Part shown: one piece after another, positions 37,294-49,700 of the stretch
Numbering within the stretch: position 1 is the first letter of the stretch
How the letters are laid out: every line of letters begins with the position of its first letter
From: Rhina ancylostomus
Taxonomy: Eukaryota
Assembly (NCBI GenBank): GCA_030265395.1
Contig: JARFYF010000065.1
Coordinates: forward strand, 7,419,234 to 7,483,233
Direction of reading: 5' to 3'
DNA: 64,000 bases
Translations under genes and position numbers: made by a program
The notes under the pieces: model-generated
Seen by the model: only the letters and a program-made list of their open reading frames with translations
The model's database searches: none
What the model was told of the DNA's origin: nothing

Positions 37294-40248
37294 NNNNNNN
37301 NNNNNNNNNNNNNNNNNNNNNNNNNNNNNNNNNNNNNNNNNNNNNNNNNNNNNNNNNNNNNNNNNNNNNNNNNNNNNNNNNNNNNNNNNNNNNNNNNNNN
37401 NNNNNNNNNNNNNNNNNNNNNNNNNNNNNNNNNNNNNNNNNNNNNNNNNNNNNNNNNNNNNNNNNNNNNNNNNNNNNNNNNNNNNNNNNNNNNNNNNNNN
37501 NNCCACAGTTGGTGTGGTGGGACAATATATCAGTAACTTAGCCATTCCATGTACCAGATAGAGTAGTGCAGATATATCTATTTTCCACCCACAGACGAGG
37601 TGTGGCACAGTTAATTGCTGACCTGCTGAGTACATACAGCATCTTGTTTTCATTCTCGATTTCCACTCGACTTTGCGTGAGTGCTACCAGAGATCACAAT
37701 AACATAACCCTCATTTTAAGGCAACATCCTATTGTTTTGCATTTGATGTCAGAGGTCAANNNNNNNNNNAGTTTTGGGTTGCAAAAGGGGCAGCCAGATT
37801 CAATTATCCAGGGAAATGGGAATGTTAGAGGCATTGAGAGAGACAAGATGGACACAGGCCCTTCAGCACACAGTGGATACTGACCATCAAGCACCTTTTT
37901 TTTACACTAATCCTCCAATAACCCATTTTATTCTCCCCACATTCCCACCAATTCCCCTTAACCCTCCATTTGCTACCACCAACCTATACACTGAAGCTGA
38001 TTAGCCTTATTATTTACACATTTTTGGGACATGGAAGGAAACCAGTGTACTCGCAGGAAATCCACACGATCTCCTCGTAAACATGCAAGCTCCACAAGAG
38101 GACAGCACTGGAGCTATGAGGCAGCAGCTCTACTAGCTGCACCACTATGCTTGCAGAGTTGCTCAGGTAACAGAAACAAAAGCAAGATTTGTTAGCAGCA
38201 GGAGGAACCAACCAGTTTGGAGGCCATGAAACATCACCTGATTAAGTGAAGGCTCAGCATAACATTAACACGTCAGCTTGCAAAGCTGTACGAGTATTGT
38301 CACCCAGGGTTGGATTAGGTTCAGCATACCTGTCTGAAGTTTCAGGCACCGATCAAAGAACCATCTGTTCACTAGTGACATCCATTACCTCTAATTATTA
38401 ACTGGGGAACAAAATGTCCCAGTGACCCAAGGGACCATACGATTACACTGCCAGCCAAAGAAAAAAGTACACTCACAAAGCAATTAAGAATTAAATACAG
38501 AATTCACGGTACAGGATGCAATGGCTAGTTAAATTTGGTTTCATATGACTGATTTTATTTTGAATGGGAGATGGAAACTCTCACCTGAAAAGTGCATTCC
38601 TAGAATATTATAATTTCACTTTATTATATTTGGAAAGCTTTCTGACCAGCATTTACTTTGTGTAACATTTCATTGTTAGCTGAGAGCTTGCTGATTTTGT
38701 TTAAACATATTTGAATTATTAGGTAGTGGTGCACAATTTAAACGACCTATTTACTTGACCACATGAATATTCCTCAATCTAGGTGTGTAATGGGTAGTTA
38801 ATTCACTATCACTCAATGTTACAGTAATATTCCATTACAGCAATAACCCGATGAATGTCAAAGTGCCAAGGGATGGGATGAATGTGATTGATGCAGGACA
38901 CTATTACACAATGCAAAGTGACAGAAAACTGCCTGTATACCCACTCACCACCATGATGTGTGACTTAGCCCTAGTTTGGTACAACTGTTCTTCTCTGAAG
39001 CAGGTGTGGTGGACCTCTAATCTCAGACTTCACTAATTGACTAGCCTCACTTCTCTGCAACACAAAGAATTATCACTTACTTGTTTTAACTCAGTCCTGT
39101 TCCTTTTTCAACCTTGGCAGCAACTTTCGCATTCAGCCTAAAACCCTAGCATTTTACAGTTAGAACACCAAGTTGTCATTCACATATAATGCAGAGTGTG
39201 AACAATTAATCATGGACCGTAATTGATGGAAAATCTCTTATTTGCATATATGGCCATATTTTTAAAAACATACTAAAATGGAACAGAGGCAGTGATGGCA
39301 AGGAAGAGGGTAGCCACAATTGAGTAAAAACTTGTTCATGCTGAGCGATTTATTATGACAAGACATTGCTATAGCAACATTCAAGGCTCAAATTTCACCT
39401 GTAATACATTTCAAGTAATATTATAAATTGTCACTTGCAAATTCTCTCCTCACCATTATCCATTATAAACCTGTCAGCACCATGACAGGACAGCTGTTAA
39501 TAAACTGAAATCCTGTGACATCTACTCAATTCGTCAACACTCAAGATATTGAGAGTTCAGGAAAACAGAGTTCATGGGTTCCAAAAGGCAATGTTTTATT
39601 GGTATAATTTCCAAGTTCTCACAGAAAGTCAGTTGTAAATTATGTTCAGTAGGTCAGAACTCTGCAGAGCTCTCAGCTCTGGCATTCTAGCACATTGCAA
39701 TATAGAGTTCAGTGACAAGTTCACTATTCCTTAGAAAGGCTATTCATTAAGTGAAGGCAGACAGGCATCTCCAATCTTGGAGGGAGGAAGCTTGGCGTGG
39801 TTTGAAAGAACAGTGAAAATTTATTCCAAGCAACACCTGCCTCCCAGTCACTGAGGCACAGACCAAAGCTGAGGAGCAAGACTTACGGCCAGTTTGTTAG
39901 AGAGCATTACAAAGGTAATTAGAGGGAGGATGAATCCTAATTAGAGGCAAAACTGTATATTCAACAATATAATGCAATAGGCAGCTTGGGGTGGACAGGT
40001 AAGCAGCCCAGCAGCTTGGGTTAGACAAGGCCAACAGCTCATCCCAAACTACTCATGTCAAACTTCAGATACCTTGTGATCCTACAGGGATTAGCATCGA
40101 CATGAAGCATTCAGTCAAGGGTTAACTTAACCTTCACACACCTACATTGCCTCACTGCTCACTGACTGACCTGCAGTACCCAATGCACAGCATTTTGGAA
40201 AAGCCACATGCTCCTCTTCTCTCCACCTGGTGCTTTCCCCTGCAGAGC

Positions 40249-40372
40249 TATTTTATACACGTTTTGCATCTGCACCACCCCATGCACCCCTCCCCCACCC
40301 AATCTAATGGTAGGTTCATAGTTCACAAGAGAGGATAGTTTCCTCTTAGTGAAGAAACAGTGCGGCTGAACT
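40249..40372 (-). repeat. Diverged direct duplicate of the RNASEH2A coding end and proximal 3' UTR (copy of 40512-40644)
   Basis: tattttatacacgttttgcatc...gttcacaagagag...ttcctct.agtgaagaa...gctgaact is present twice with several substitutions and indels. Confidence 0.85.
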
Positions 40373-40411
40373 ACAGATGTATGATGGAGAACATTCTGAC
40401 TGGTTGCATCA
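40371..40411 (+). mobile_element. Rex1/Babar LINE fragment (5'-truncated end, continues into gap)
   Basis: YRCMMENILTGCI matches the FYRCTxESILxGCIT motif also seen near 37200-37240. Confidence 0.6.
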
Positions 40412-40586
40412 NNNNNNNNNNNNNNNNNNNNNNNNNNNNNNNNNNNNNNNNNNNNNNNNNNNNNNNNNNNNNNNNNNNNNNNNNNNNNNNNNNNNNNNNN
40501 NNNNNNNNNNNTATTTTATACACGTTTTGCATCTTCACCAACACCCCCCCCCCCCCCTCCACCGACCACCCAAAATAATGGTAGAT

Positions 40587-40725
40587 TCATAGGTTCACAA
40601 GAGAGACCAGCTTCCTCTCAGTGAAGAATCGGTGTGGCTGAACTTTTGGGTCTTCTGTCTTTCTTTGAAAGTAGGTCAGCACTGAGGGAGTGTCCTTCTT
40701 GTTGCCGTCCTCCTCGTCATCATCC
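40587..40725 (-). CDS. RNASEH2A: RNASEH2A terminal exon 8 coding part, [46 protein letters not shown]
   Basis: gtacag| acceptor; completes the TG/G Trp codon; resembles the human ITSYF...HRYFLERGL C-terminus; TGA at 40589-40587. Confidence 0.92.
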
Positions 40726-43700
40726 CTGTACACATAAAACAAGCATCAGATCAGCAGACTGGAGAAGAGAAAGAAAACTTCAAGAGTTCTTGCTTCCCTT
40801 CCAACACTGGAAAGTTTCATAACAAATGAGGAGCAGGGCTGAGCCTCACTAATACAGACTTGAAGAACCGGAAGGGGTGGCACAAGGCAGTTTGTTTTAC
40901 CAAACTGGGCAAAAAAAAATCAATGATATCTCAACAACTGCCCTCATCATGCAATGGATTTGGAGGATTGAGGGAGCAATATCTCAACTAGACCAGCTAC
41001 ATAAAACTCCAGTTACAGGAGGAGGAGATTAGAGACTGAATACTCTNNNNNNNNNNNNNNNNNNNNNNNNNNNNNNNNNNNNNNNNNNNNNNNNNNNNNN
41101 NNNNNNNNNNNNNNNNNNNNNNNNNNNNNNNNNNNNNNNNNNNNNNNNNNNNNNNNNNNNNNNNNNNNNNNNNNNNNNNNNNNNNNNNNNNNNNNNNNNN
41201 NNNNNTCCAGCAACACATGCTTGACATCATCACAGATAAAACAACTCAGTCAAATGGCATCTCATTAAATGTCTTAATGATTAACAACAGTGGTTGTACT
41301 GCAGCAACTCCCAGACCCTCCATACCTGTACTGCCTAGGCAGCAGGTACATGAGGACTTCATTACTAACCAGCTCTACTCCAGCACATCATGCTGTTGGA
41401 CAGATATTGTCATTCCATCGTTGCTGGGTCTAAATCCCTGATCTCTGCACCCACCAACAATATAGGGGTACCTGCATCTCACAGACTGCAGCAATTCATT
41501 CAGATCATTCCTGCTTTCAAGAGTAACTAGGAATGGAGCAATAAATATCAGCCTTGCCAACAACACCACAACTCAATCTTATTTTTTGAAAAGAAATTAA
41601 AAGTGCTTGTCTGCCAGCATCCTATGCAAAGTGAGTGTGCAGAGTTTCAATTCAGCTCAACACAAAGATTCTCCCTAATCCTCCATTAATGGAAAATCTG
41701 ACTGAAGCCTGCAGGATGGATTGGGGAATGGAAGATAAATACCACACTGGATAAATAGCAATGTTCATTTCACATTGAGTTTGAAAGACATTGTCGAGGA
41801 AGATTTATCTTGGCTCTGATCTGGCAATACATGATGCAGGCAACAGTGTCAAGACTGGGACAGCTTCATTCCTGAGAGCTAACAACTTCACCTTGACCCT
41901 GTGTCACAGGAAGTGAAGTCCTGCCAGCACAATGGGATTCCCGGCAAGTATTTTCACCTGCAGAAGCAAAGGCAGAAATGGGCACAAGAGAATAGATTCC
42001 GAATATACTGGGGTATCAATTATAGAACGAACCAGAAAGACAAATTAAAAATAAAAGGCACTATAAAACCTCAAGCAGAACATCTCACGTACTTAACACA
42101 GAATGTCAATATTCTGAACATTTGAAGTCATGCAGTAGTGGCCAATGACTTGCAACATCAAACAACTTAAAACCCTAGAAACAAAAGAGGAAAGAACTGC
42201 TGACCTGTATAGTCAAAATGGACACTAACATCCATCTTAAACTAGATTGATAAGAACAGAGAGGGAATGTACAGCAATCACAAATAAAGAGGCTAAAAAA
42301 AACTGGCAGAAGACAGACACCCAATATTTTGTGACTGAAATAGGAATAGGCAAATTCCACTCCTTGTTACTGCATCACCAGCTGGGCAGTATGACAACTC
42401 CATTTGGAAGATGAGACAGATCTTAAGGTGTAAAACAAACATAACATTCAAAATCATTTGCTTTGGAAATTCTAAATGCAAATCCAAAGTTTAAAATTGC
42501 CTTTGAAACACCTCCGAAATTCACATTTTTATGATCTGCCCCAACAACAGATCATCAGTGAAGAATACAAACATTGGGTACAGTGAACCTCCTAAATTGA
42601 TACATGCTTGACACCATAAAAATTCAAGTCATGGAGCCCAAATTTGCAAGGGGGATGTAATTTTGACATCGTTGCTGCCACTTTCCACTTTTTTTTTTAC
42701 AACCAATTAACTCAATTCCTAATGCTTTATGAAGAACCATCAGCGTTTGATAGGGAGAAATGCTGCGAGCTCAAAATATCCCAAAGAATTTCAATCAAAG
42801 TTATTTGGAAGCACAGCTGGTATTGTTATACTGGGGAATGTGGTAACTAAATTGTGCACAGCACAATACCATAAACAGTTATGACAGTTACGAAATTAAT
42901 GAATGGCAATCTATTTTAGGGGATGCAGTGAGATTGACAAGTTTAGACAGTGGGAGAACTAGGTCTTCAAGAGATCCACAGGACCTTTGGCATCCACTTC
43001 AGAAGGCAATTCAATACCTTGCTCAAAGGATGTTGTTCTTCAGTGCAGAGCCAACATGATCACATGCTCAACACTCATGAGAAGGCATTGAACCCAAACA
43101 ATTTGAAATGTGGAAACTGCTGCCACAGCCAAGGCATAATGAATACCATCACAGTAAGGTTATTGATGAGCTTTAATCCTGGTTCCTCTGCCTTTTCGAA
43201 CCACTTTTCTCATCAACTACAAAACCAACAAAGGTAGGCATTTGTTTTAAAGCCCTTATACAGAACCTAAACAACTAAATTTACAGACAACAGTGATGGC
43301 GTTATGGGAAACAGCTCACATGAGCTGAGTGTGGATGAACGTCCAGTAGAATTAAAATAGAAGAGGGTGAATGAGCTCCGTGAGCTATCACCTTCCACAT
43401 CTGGATATGGCAGCACTCTCATGTCACTCCGCCGGAAGAATCACCCATCATACAAAGCAACTCAACTAACTTCGTAACATCCAAGCCCAGGCTGCATGGA
43501 GGATTGCTGCAGGATCTCAAGTGCCCCAGTCAGGGTGTTGGCTCTGACAACAGGTCCAATCCATAGATTTATAAGCACCTTATGCAGCTTAGTGAAGATA
43601 AAATAATCATTTTGAATGCAAATAAATTTTTGTATTTAAGGATTACATTAGGAGTAAAAAGAATATTTTCAGTTATGTACATTGGTTATTAGAATACAAC

Positions 43701-46700
43701 CAGTTAATAATTACAGAAATCTTGGTTAGGCTGTAGTTGTTGTCCTGTGCATACTTTTTCATGCCCTTTGACACAAAGAACATAAAAGCAATGGAAAAGG
43801 CAGAACAAGGTTTACCAGCCTGTAACTAGGCATCAGCAATTGGAGTCACACAAAAACATTACAAACTTGCAGGTTTCCATATCAGCAAGAGCATAAACTT
43901 AAGATAAGCATTGAAAGCAGAGTTAGAATGCAGATTTTGTTGAAGACCTTATGCAGACTTTACTAGTATAATGCTTTAATTTACTGGTCTAGCAACCACA
44001 AGACCTAGACTATTGATCCAAACACAAGAGTTTGACTCCCACCATGGCTGGCAGGAAATTTAGAATCAAGGAATCAAAAAAAAACTTGTAATTTTAAGAA
44101 AAAGACTTGTTTATTGACAGTAAAGATAAAACAACATTTTTTTTCTTTGAAAACCCATCCAGATAACTACTGTCCTTCAGGGAAGGAAATCTGCTGTTCC
44201 TACCCTGATTGACCCAGATGTTAATCTAACCCAACAATTTAGTTGACTCTCAACTGCCTCCTCAGTTCAGAGGCAATTAGGGATGGCCAATAAATGCTGC
44301 CATTATCAATGATATTCACGTCCCATGAACAAGCAAACAGAACAAAGAAATCAATAAAAACATTTAACATGACTACTGTAAAAAAATTCTGAAAAGCACA
44401 TGGAGTGCAAGTTGAGGCTAAACTAATGGGGCAAAGAAATATCCTGTTGTAAACCTAATGGGCCAAACAGTCCATATCTTAACAGGTATGTTTATGATAA
44501 TAAAGTCAAGGCTATTTTCTCTGCCCCCATAAGAGCAAAGATATGGGATGACCAGATCGATTAGGGTCAGTAATAAGCTTGAGAGGGAGGGGGAAGGAGA
44601 ATCAAAGTCTGGAATTGTTTGAGTAGGAGCTGTCTGTCCACTTGAAGGGGGAAAAAACATTTTGCTATGGAACTGCTATTGCATAGCTTATACTAAACAA
44701 GGCTTCAATCTCTTTTCACATTACAAGAAAGCAGCAGCAGGAGTCACTGCTGTGAAAGTCAAAAACGAAAGGTTAAAAACAAAGGTGACAGCAGTTGCTT
44801 TCACTCCTGCCAGGCTAAAACGAACTGCCTGTTAAGAGCTGGAAAAGGGGACACCAAAAATAAATAAAATCAATGCAAATCACTTAGTAAACCGATCAGC
44901 TGAAGGATTTCAGTCAAAGCAGACACGGTGAAAGCAGGGAGAACAGAACGTTTATCAACCAGCTGCACTGGCAGTAGAAAGACATCAGTCAGATCACTGA
45001 TTTTACACACAAGACTCCTACACAGTTCAAGGGAGCTCAAGCTTCCTAATGAACGAGTTTAATTTCAACATACTACCACAAATGAAATTCCCACCCTCTA
45101 TTGATGAACTCAGCTGTAACATTCCTCTGTCCCTTACCCATTTTGTCAATCATGTAAATGTACTCTAACAATCTACATTACAGTCAACTACAGTTCAAAC
45201 AATACTATTCCAAGAAAAATTAGCTGTGGTTTTTTTTGCCACTGATGGGCAGTGATGCATTAGACAGGAATACCAACAATAGCAACTCCAGTAATCTGCC
45301 TAGGAATGTACAACTGAATTACAGAAACAGGGTCAACTGCTGTAATTTTGTTGTCAATTCACTTCAAAAGCATGATTTGAGTGTATAATCTAAGCCAGCA
45401 TCCTAGGGCAGTGATGAAAGAGCATGTATTAACTAATTTGCCTTTCTTCAGGCAAAATCAATTGTGGTCTTATCCATCTGGTCAAGGAGATATTAAAAGG
45501 GCTTATGATAATACTTTATGGTTGAATTTACACCATTGTTATTTTTGCAGACTTATTCAACCACAAATAGGTGCTCATCCATCTCATTGCGGTCGAAAGC
45601 ATCTTATTTATGTGAATTGCCATTCTCCACAGCACAAGCAATTCTCCACTGCAAAAGCAGTCCTTTGCATCAAACATTTGAAGAGGGTTCAATGATGCAA
45701 TTTATCAGCTGCCACAAGCATTTATTTTTCTTTCTAAAATATATGATAAAAACAACAATTTGCAAAGTCCACTCTCTACTGTGAGGAATTATCTGTACCA
45801 CCTTATTGGGAGAGAAGGGGCGAGAATGTAGGCAAAAGAACCTAAACAAAAGAATGTGGTACAGATAATTCTTCACAGTAGAGGGTGAAATTACCACCTC
45901 TCAAATGTAACAAATCACTTGACCAGAGTTCCTGATTGCCCAGGGAAACAGAGCCACCTGCTGAAATGTTGGAATCACTGCAGATTTTAGAAATAGTGCA
46001 GAAATACAAATATATTCATAGCATTAATGTTAAAAGCTCCATTAATAGTATACTAGACAAATGAAATACTGCATCACAGGGACAAAGAAGTATAAAGCTT
46101 GACTCCTGGTTTGTTCACTATTTGTTGCAGTCACCGAAAGCAAAATTTGGGATACTAAAACTTCAGCAGGAGAAACAAAACAAAACCAGAAGATGCTGTA
46201 AATACTCAACAGGTCAGGCTTCATCCTCGGGAAGAAAAACAGAGCCAATGTTTCAGTTCAGAGACAAAAGCTGCTTGTGTAAAGCTGCAGGAAGAGGGGT
46301 GGAAAAAGTGATAGGGTGACCATGGGGATAAGCTGCAAACAAGGTTAACTGGTCAATGAGAGAATGGGAGCAGTTAGAGGGTGAAAACATAGGCAAAATA
46401 ACCTAAACAAAAGAATGTGGGAGTTACGAAATGCAAAGGAGGATAAACCTGGAAGTTCTGACAAAGATCTCCAATCTGAAACGTTGACTCTGTTTCTCTT
46501 CCCACAGATGCGGCCTGGCCTGAGTATTTCCAGTATTTTCTGCTTTTGTATGGGATACTAAAAAGCCTTGGTGCTTCTAGACTTGAGTGCATGGGTGGTG
46601 GAGAAGTAAACCAGCATGATCACAGCTTAGTGTCCATACAGCAATTGGTCAATTGAACGTACTGAAAAGTGGCCAGTGTCTGCCAGACTGTATTCCAGCA

Positions 46701-49700
46701 GGTCAAGCCATACAGGGAAGAAGGACAGCTGATAAAAACTGTTACAGTCACTGTCGTACAAATTGCTTGAAAGTCAGGATAAACCATGGGCTTTCAAGGT
46801 TGTTAGGGAACTATGCAGTTTGGTGAATGGGGATTCGGAGGAGATGCTTTCGCACAGGACGTTATAGGAACTGTGTACAACAGAAGTATTAACGCTACCC
46901 AGTAAAGTGTACATCAAGGCTTTTTTCTTCCAGAGCTGGTAGGGGTGTTCCAACAGGTTGTTGATTGCAGACCTTAGGGCACACTGGTTGAGAGGGTCAT
47001 GAAGGAGGGAAGGGGGCATGGGTCAGGATTGATAGTGTTAGTTACAGGAATGAAAGCATAACAGAAAATACAAAAAGGAGATCTTAAGGATCAACGACAC
47101 TCTGGGTTTGAGCATGGGTTGGAGGGAAGAACAGGGGAGGATGGGGCACAATGGCTGAAGGAGTAGATGGAGTGATGTTTAGGGTTATGATCTAGCTGAT
47201 GTTCAGTGGCAGAGAGCCACATAGGGTCCATAGGCTGGGGATAGGGTGGATGTACTGATAGGCAAGGATGGGTGGTGAAAATCTCTCAAGGGCTTCACTT
47301 GCTGGAGGATCCAACCATCACGTTTCATAATCAGGTCTGGTCCTGTGAAGGCCACGTTTAACATTTTAACTACATACCAATAAAACCACATGAGTATCCA
47401 ATAGCTTTTTAAATTATATTACTTGGTACAGTGCTCCAAAATGCACCGAGGATCAAGTGCCATGTTTTACTAAGTTTGAATCCACCAAGTCGGCTGGTGG
47501 ATTTAAATAAATGTAGAATTAAAATCTACTATTCAAGATTAGTGTACAAATCCCACTTATCTGACTTCTCTCAGAGACAGGAATCAGTCATCCAGGCAGC
47601 TTCAGCCATAGCATTGTGCTTAATGCCCTCTAACAATACCAGCATTTACTGTACTAATGCAGGGCCTCCACCAAAGCCAATGCCCCAAAAAGGAATGGCT
47701 GCTTATGGAGTCACATTCTAGCTTGAGATGGCTCATTGTGGGTTAAGACTGGCAAACGAGGCAAATTTTTAATTAGGGATTGCCATCAGCAAGATTGATT
47801 TTAAAATTTATTACCAGTGATGAGATTCAGTATGCACAAAGCACTGCTAACAACTCTGCTCCTTAAACAGGATTTCAACCATGGACGAACAAGGAGAGTC
47901 ATCCATTACATACCAGTGGACAGGTACTGCTCGGTTATCCAGAATTGTCTGAGCTGTGCTCCAACTAAACCGCACAAACTGTGGATAACCAAAAATTGGG
48001 TCTACATGGCTCTCCATCCACTCCTTTGTTTTGGGATCTGTAGAAAACAAAGACAATTAAATCTTCAAAAACAATTAAAATAAAAAGGTAGGAACTCCTC
48101 ACTAGCAGTTGCCAATATAAAAATCCCTGTTACACAAGGTGTGATTGATTCAACAGTGGTTTGTGCCACTGATCTAATTCCATTTGCCCAAAGTTTAATG
48201 TTTAAATGTGTCAGATGGCCTATAAATTACTTGGACAGCAAAAATCCCAAGGGGTGACNNNNNNNNNNNNNNNNNNNNNNNNNNNNNNNNNNNNNNNNNN
48301 NNNNNNNNNNNNNNNNNNNNNNNNNNNNNNNNNNNNNNNNNNNNNNNNNNNNNNNNNNATTCAGCTATCTGTTGATGAACAAATTAACTATATTAATTCA
48401 TCACCAACTTAAAAACTGAACGAAAATGCAGACACAAGGAAAAATCTCCATTGATAAGCAAATACACGTTCTACTCAAAAATTTCTCTAATGCTCATCAC
48501 TAAAGGCAATAGTTAAAGCTAGTTAATATATGATTATTTAACAATGCATTCTACCCAGTGATGAAGGAGATGCTTGGTTTGTATTACTTTTCTAACTCTC
48601 ATCCCTTTATCACTTGATAGTATATAAAAAAATTTGACTGTATGACTCAGGAAGCAACTGTAACAAATCAATATAGTAGATTTTGCTGTTCATGTTATAT
48701 CTGTATCACTTCAAACAATAATATAATTGTAGCACCAGCCCAATACCACTATACTAAGCCTGGACCATTGCCCACAACATAAATATGTAGCACAGGTTTA
48801 TTTTAACAATGCAAACTTCAAAGAGCCACCGGAACAGAAAAAGGTGCTGAGGAATTGTCTGCTTGGCTCAATTGCCAACATACTTATTTTTGTCAGGAAA
48901 CTGTAGGCTTAAGTCCCACCATGGGTATGCACTTTCCTGGCTGGCACTTCAGTTAACACCGAGGGAAGGTTGCAGTGTTGTTAGATGCATCTTTTGATTG
49001 AATAAAATACCCACTTGGCTGGTCATATGCCACATGTAGAAAAGGAACAAATCCTATTAACCAGCTTTCACCATCTCCTTAAGAAATGGATTAACTCACC
49101 AGAAATAAACTATTTTGTGGAACCTACTATAATTTGCCATTTTAACCCACATTGACAATGACCAAATTTTAAAAGCAATTAGTTACTTGTGACATTCTTT
49201 GGGGCTTCCTGAAGAAGTGACACCATGTCATACAATGAATTCATGATACCAGACATCAGCTAATTTCTACACTTTTGTCCAAAAAGCACACAACTTTCAA
49301 AACAAAATAAGCAGTGTGAGCTAATGGATTAAACTTAGTTGCATAGAAACAAGGTTTTTAAGTCACTTTTCCATTCCAGACATCAATGTGCCCATTCCAT
49401 CCAAATGCATCCATAAGAAATTTCCTGAGAGACAAGCAACAGAGGTTCTTGTTCGGCACGTGGGTATCAATGTTAAAGTAATGAAGTGACTAAATATATT
49501 AAAAATAAAAGGTATTATTTAAAGCCTTTAATCAGACTAATAACCTCATGGAATACTCTACGTCTGCCAAAATGAGGACAACTCCAAAATCACAAGCTCA
49601 ATACCATCCAGGACAAAGGAGTCCATTTTACTGGATCTTGGTTATCACCCTAAACAGCACCTCCACCACCAGTGCACTGTGAAAATGCTCTGTGCTGCAA

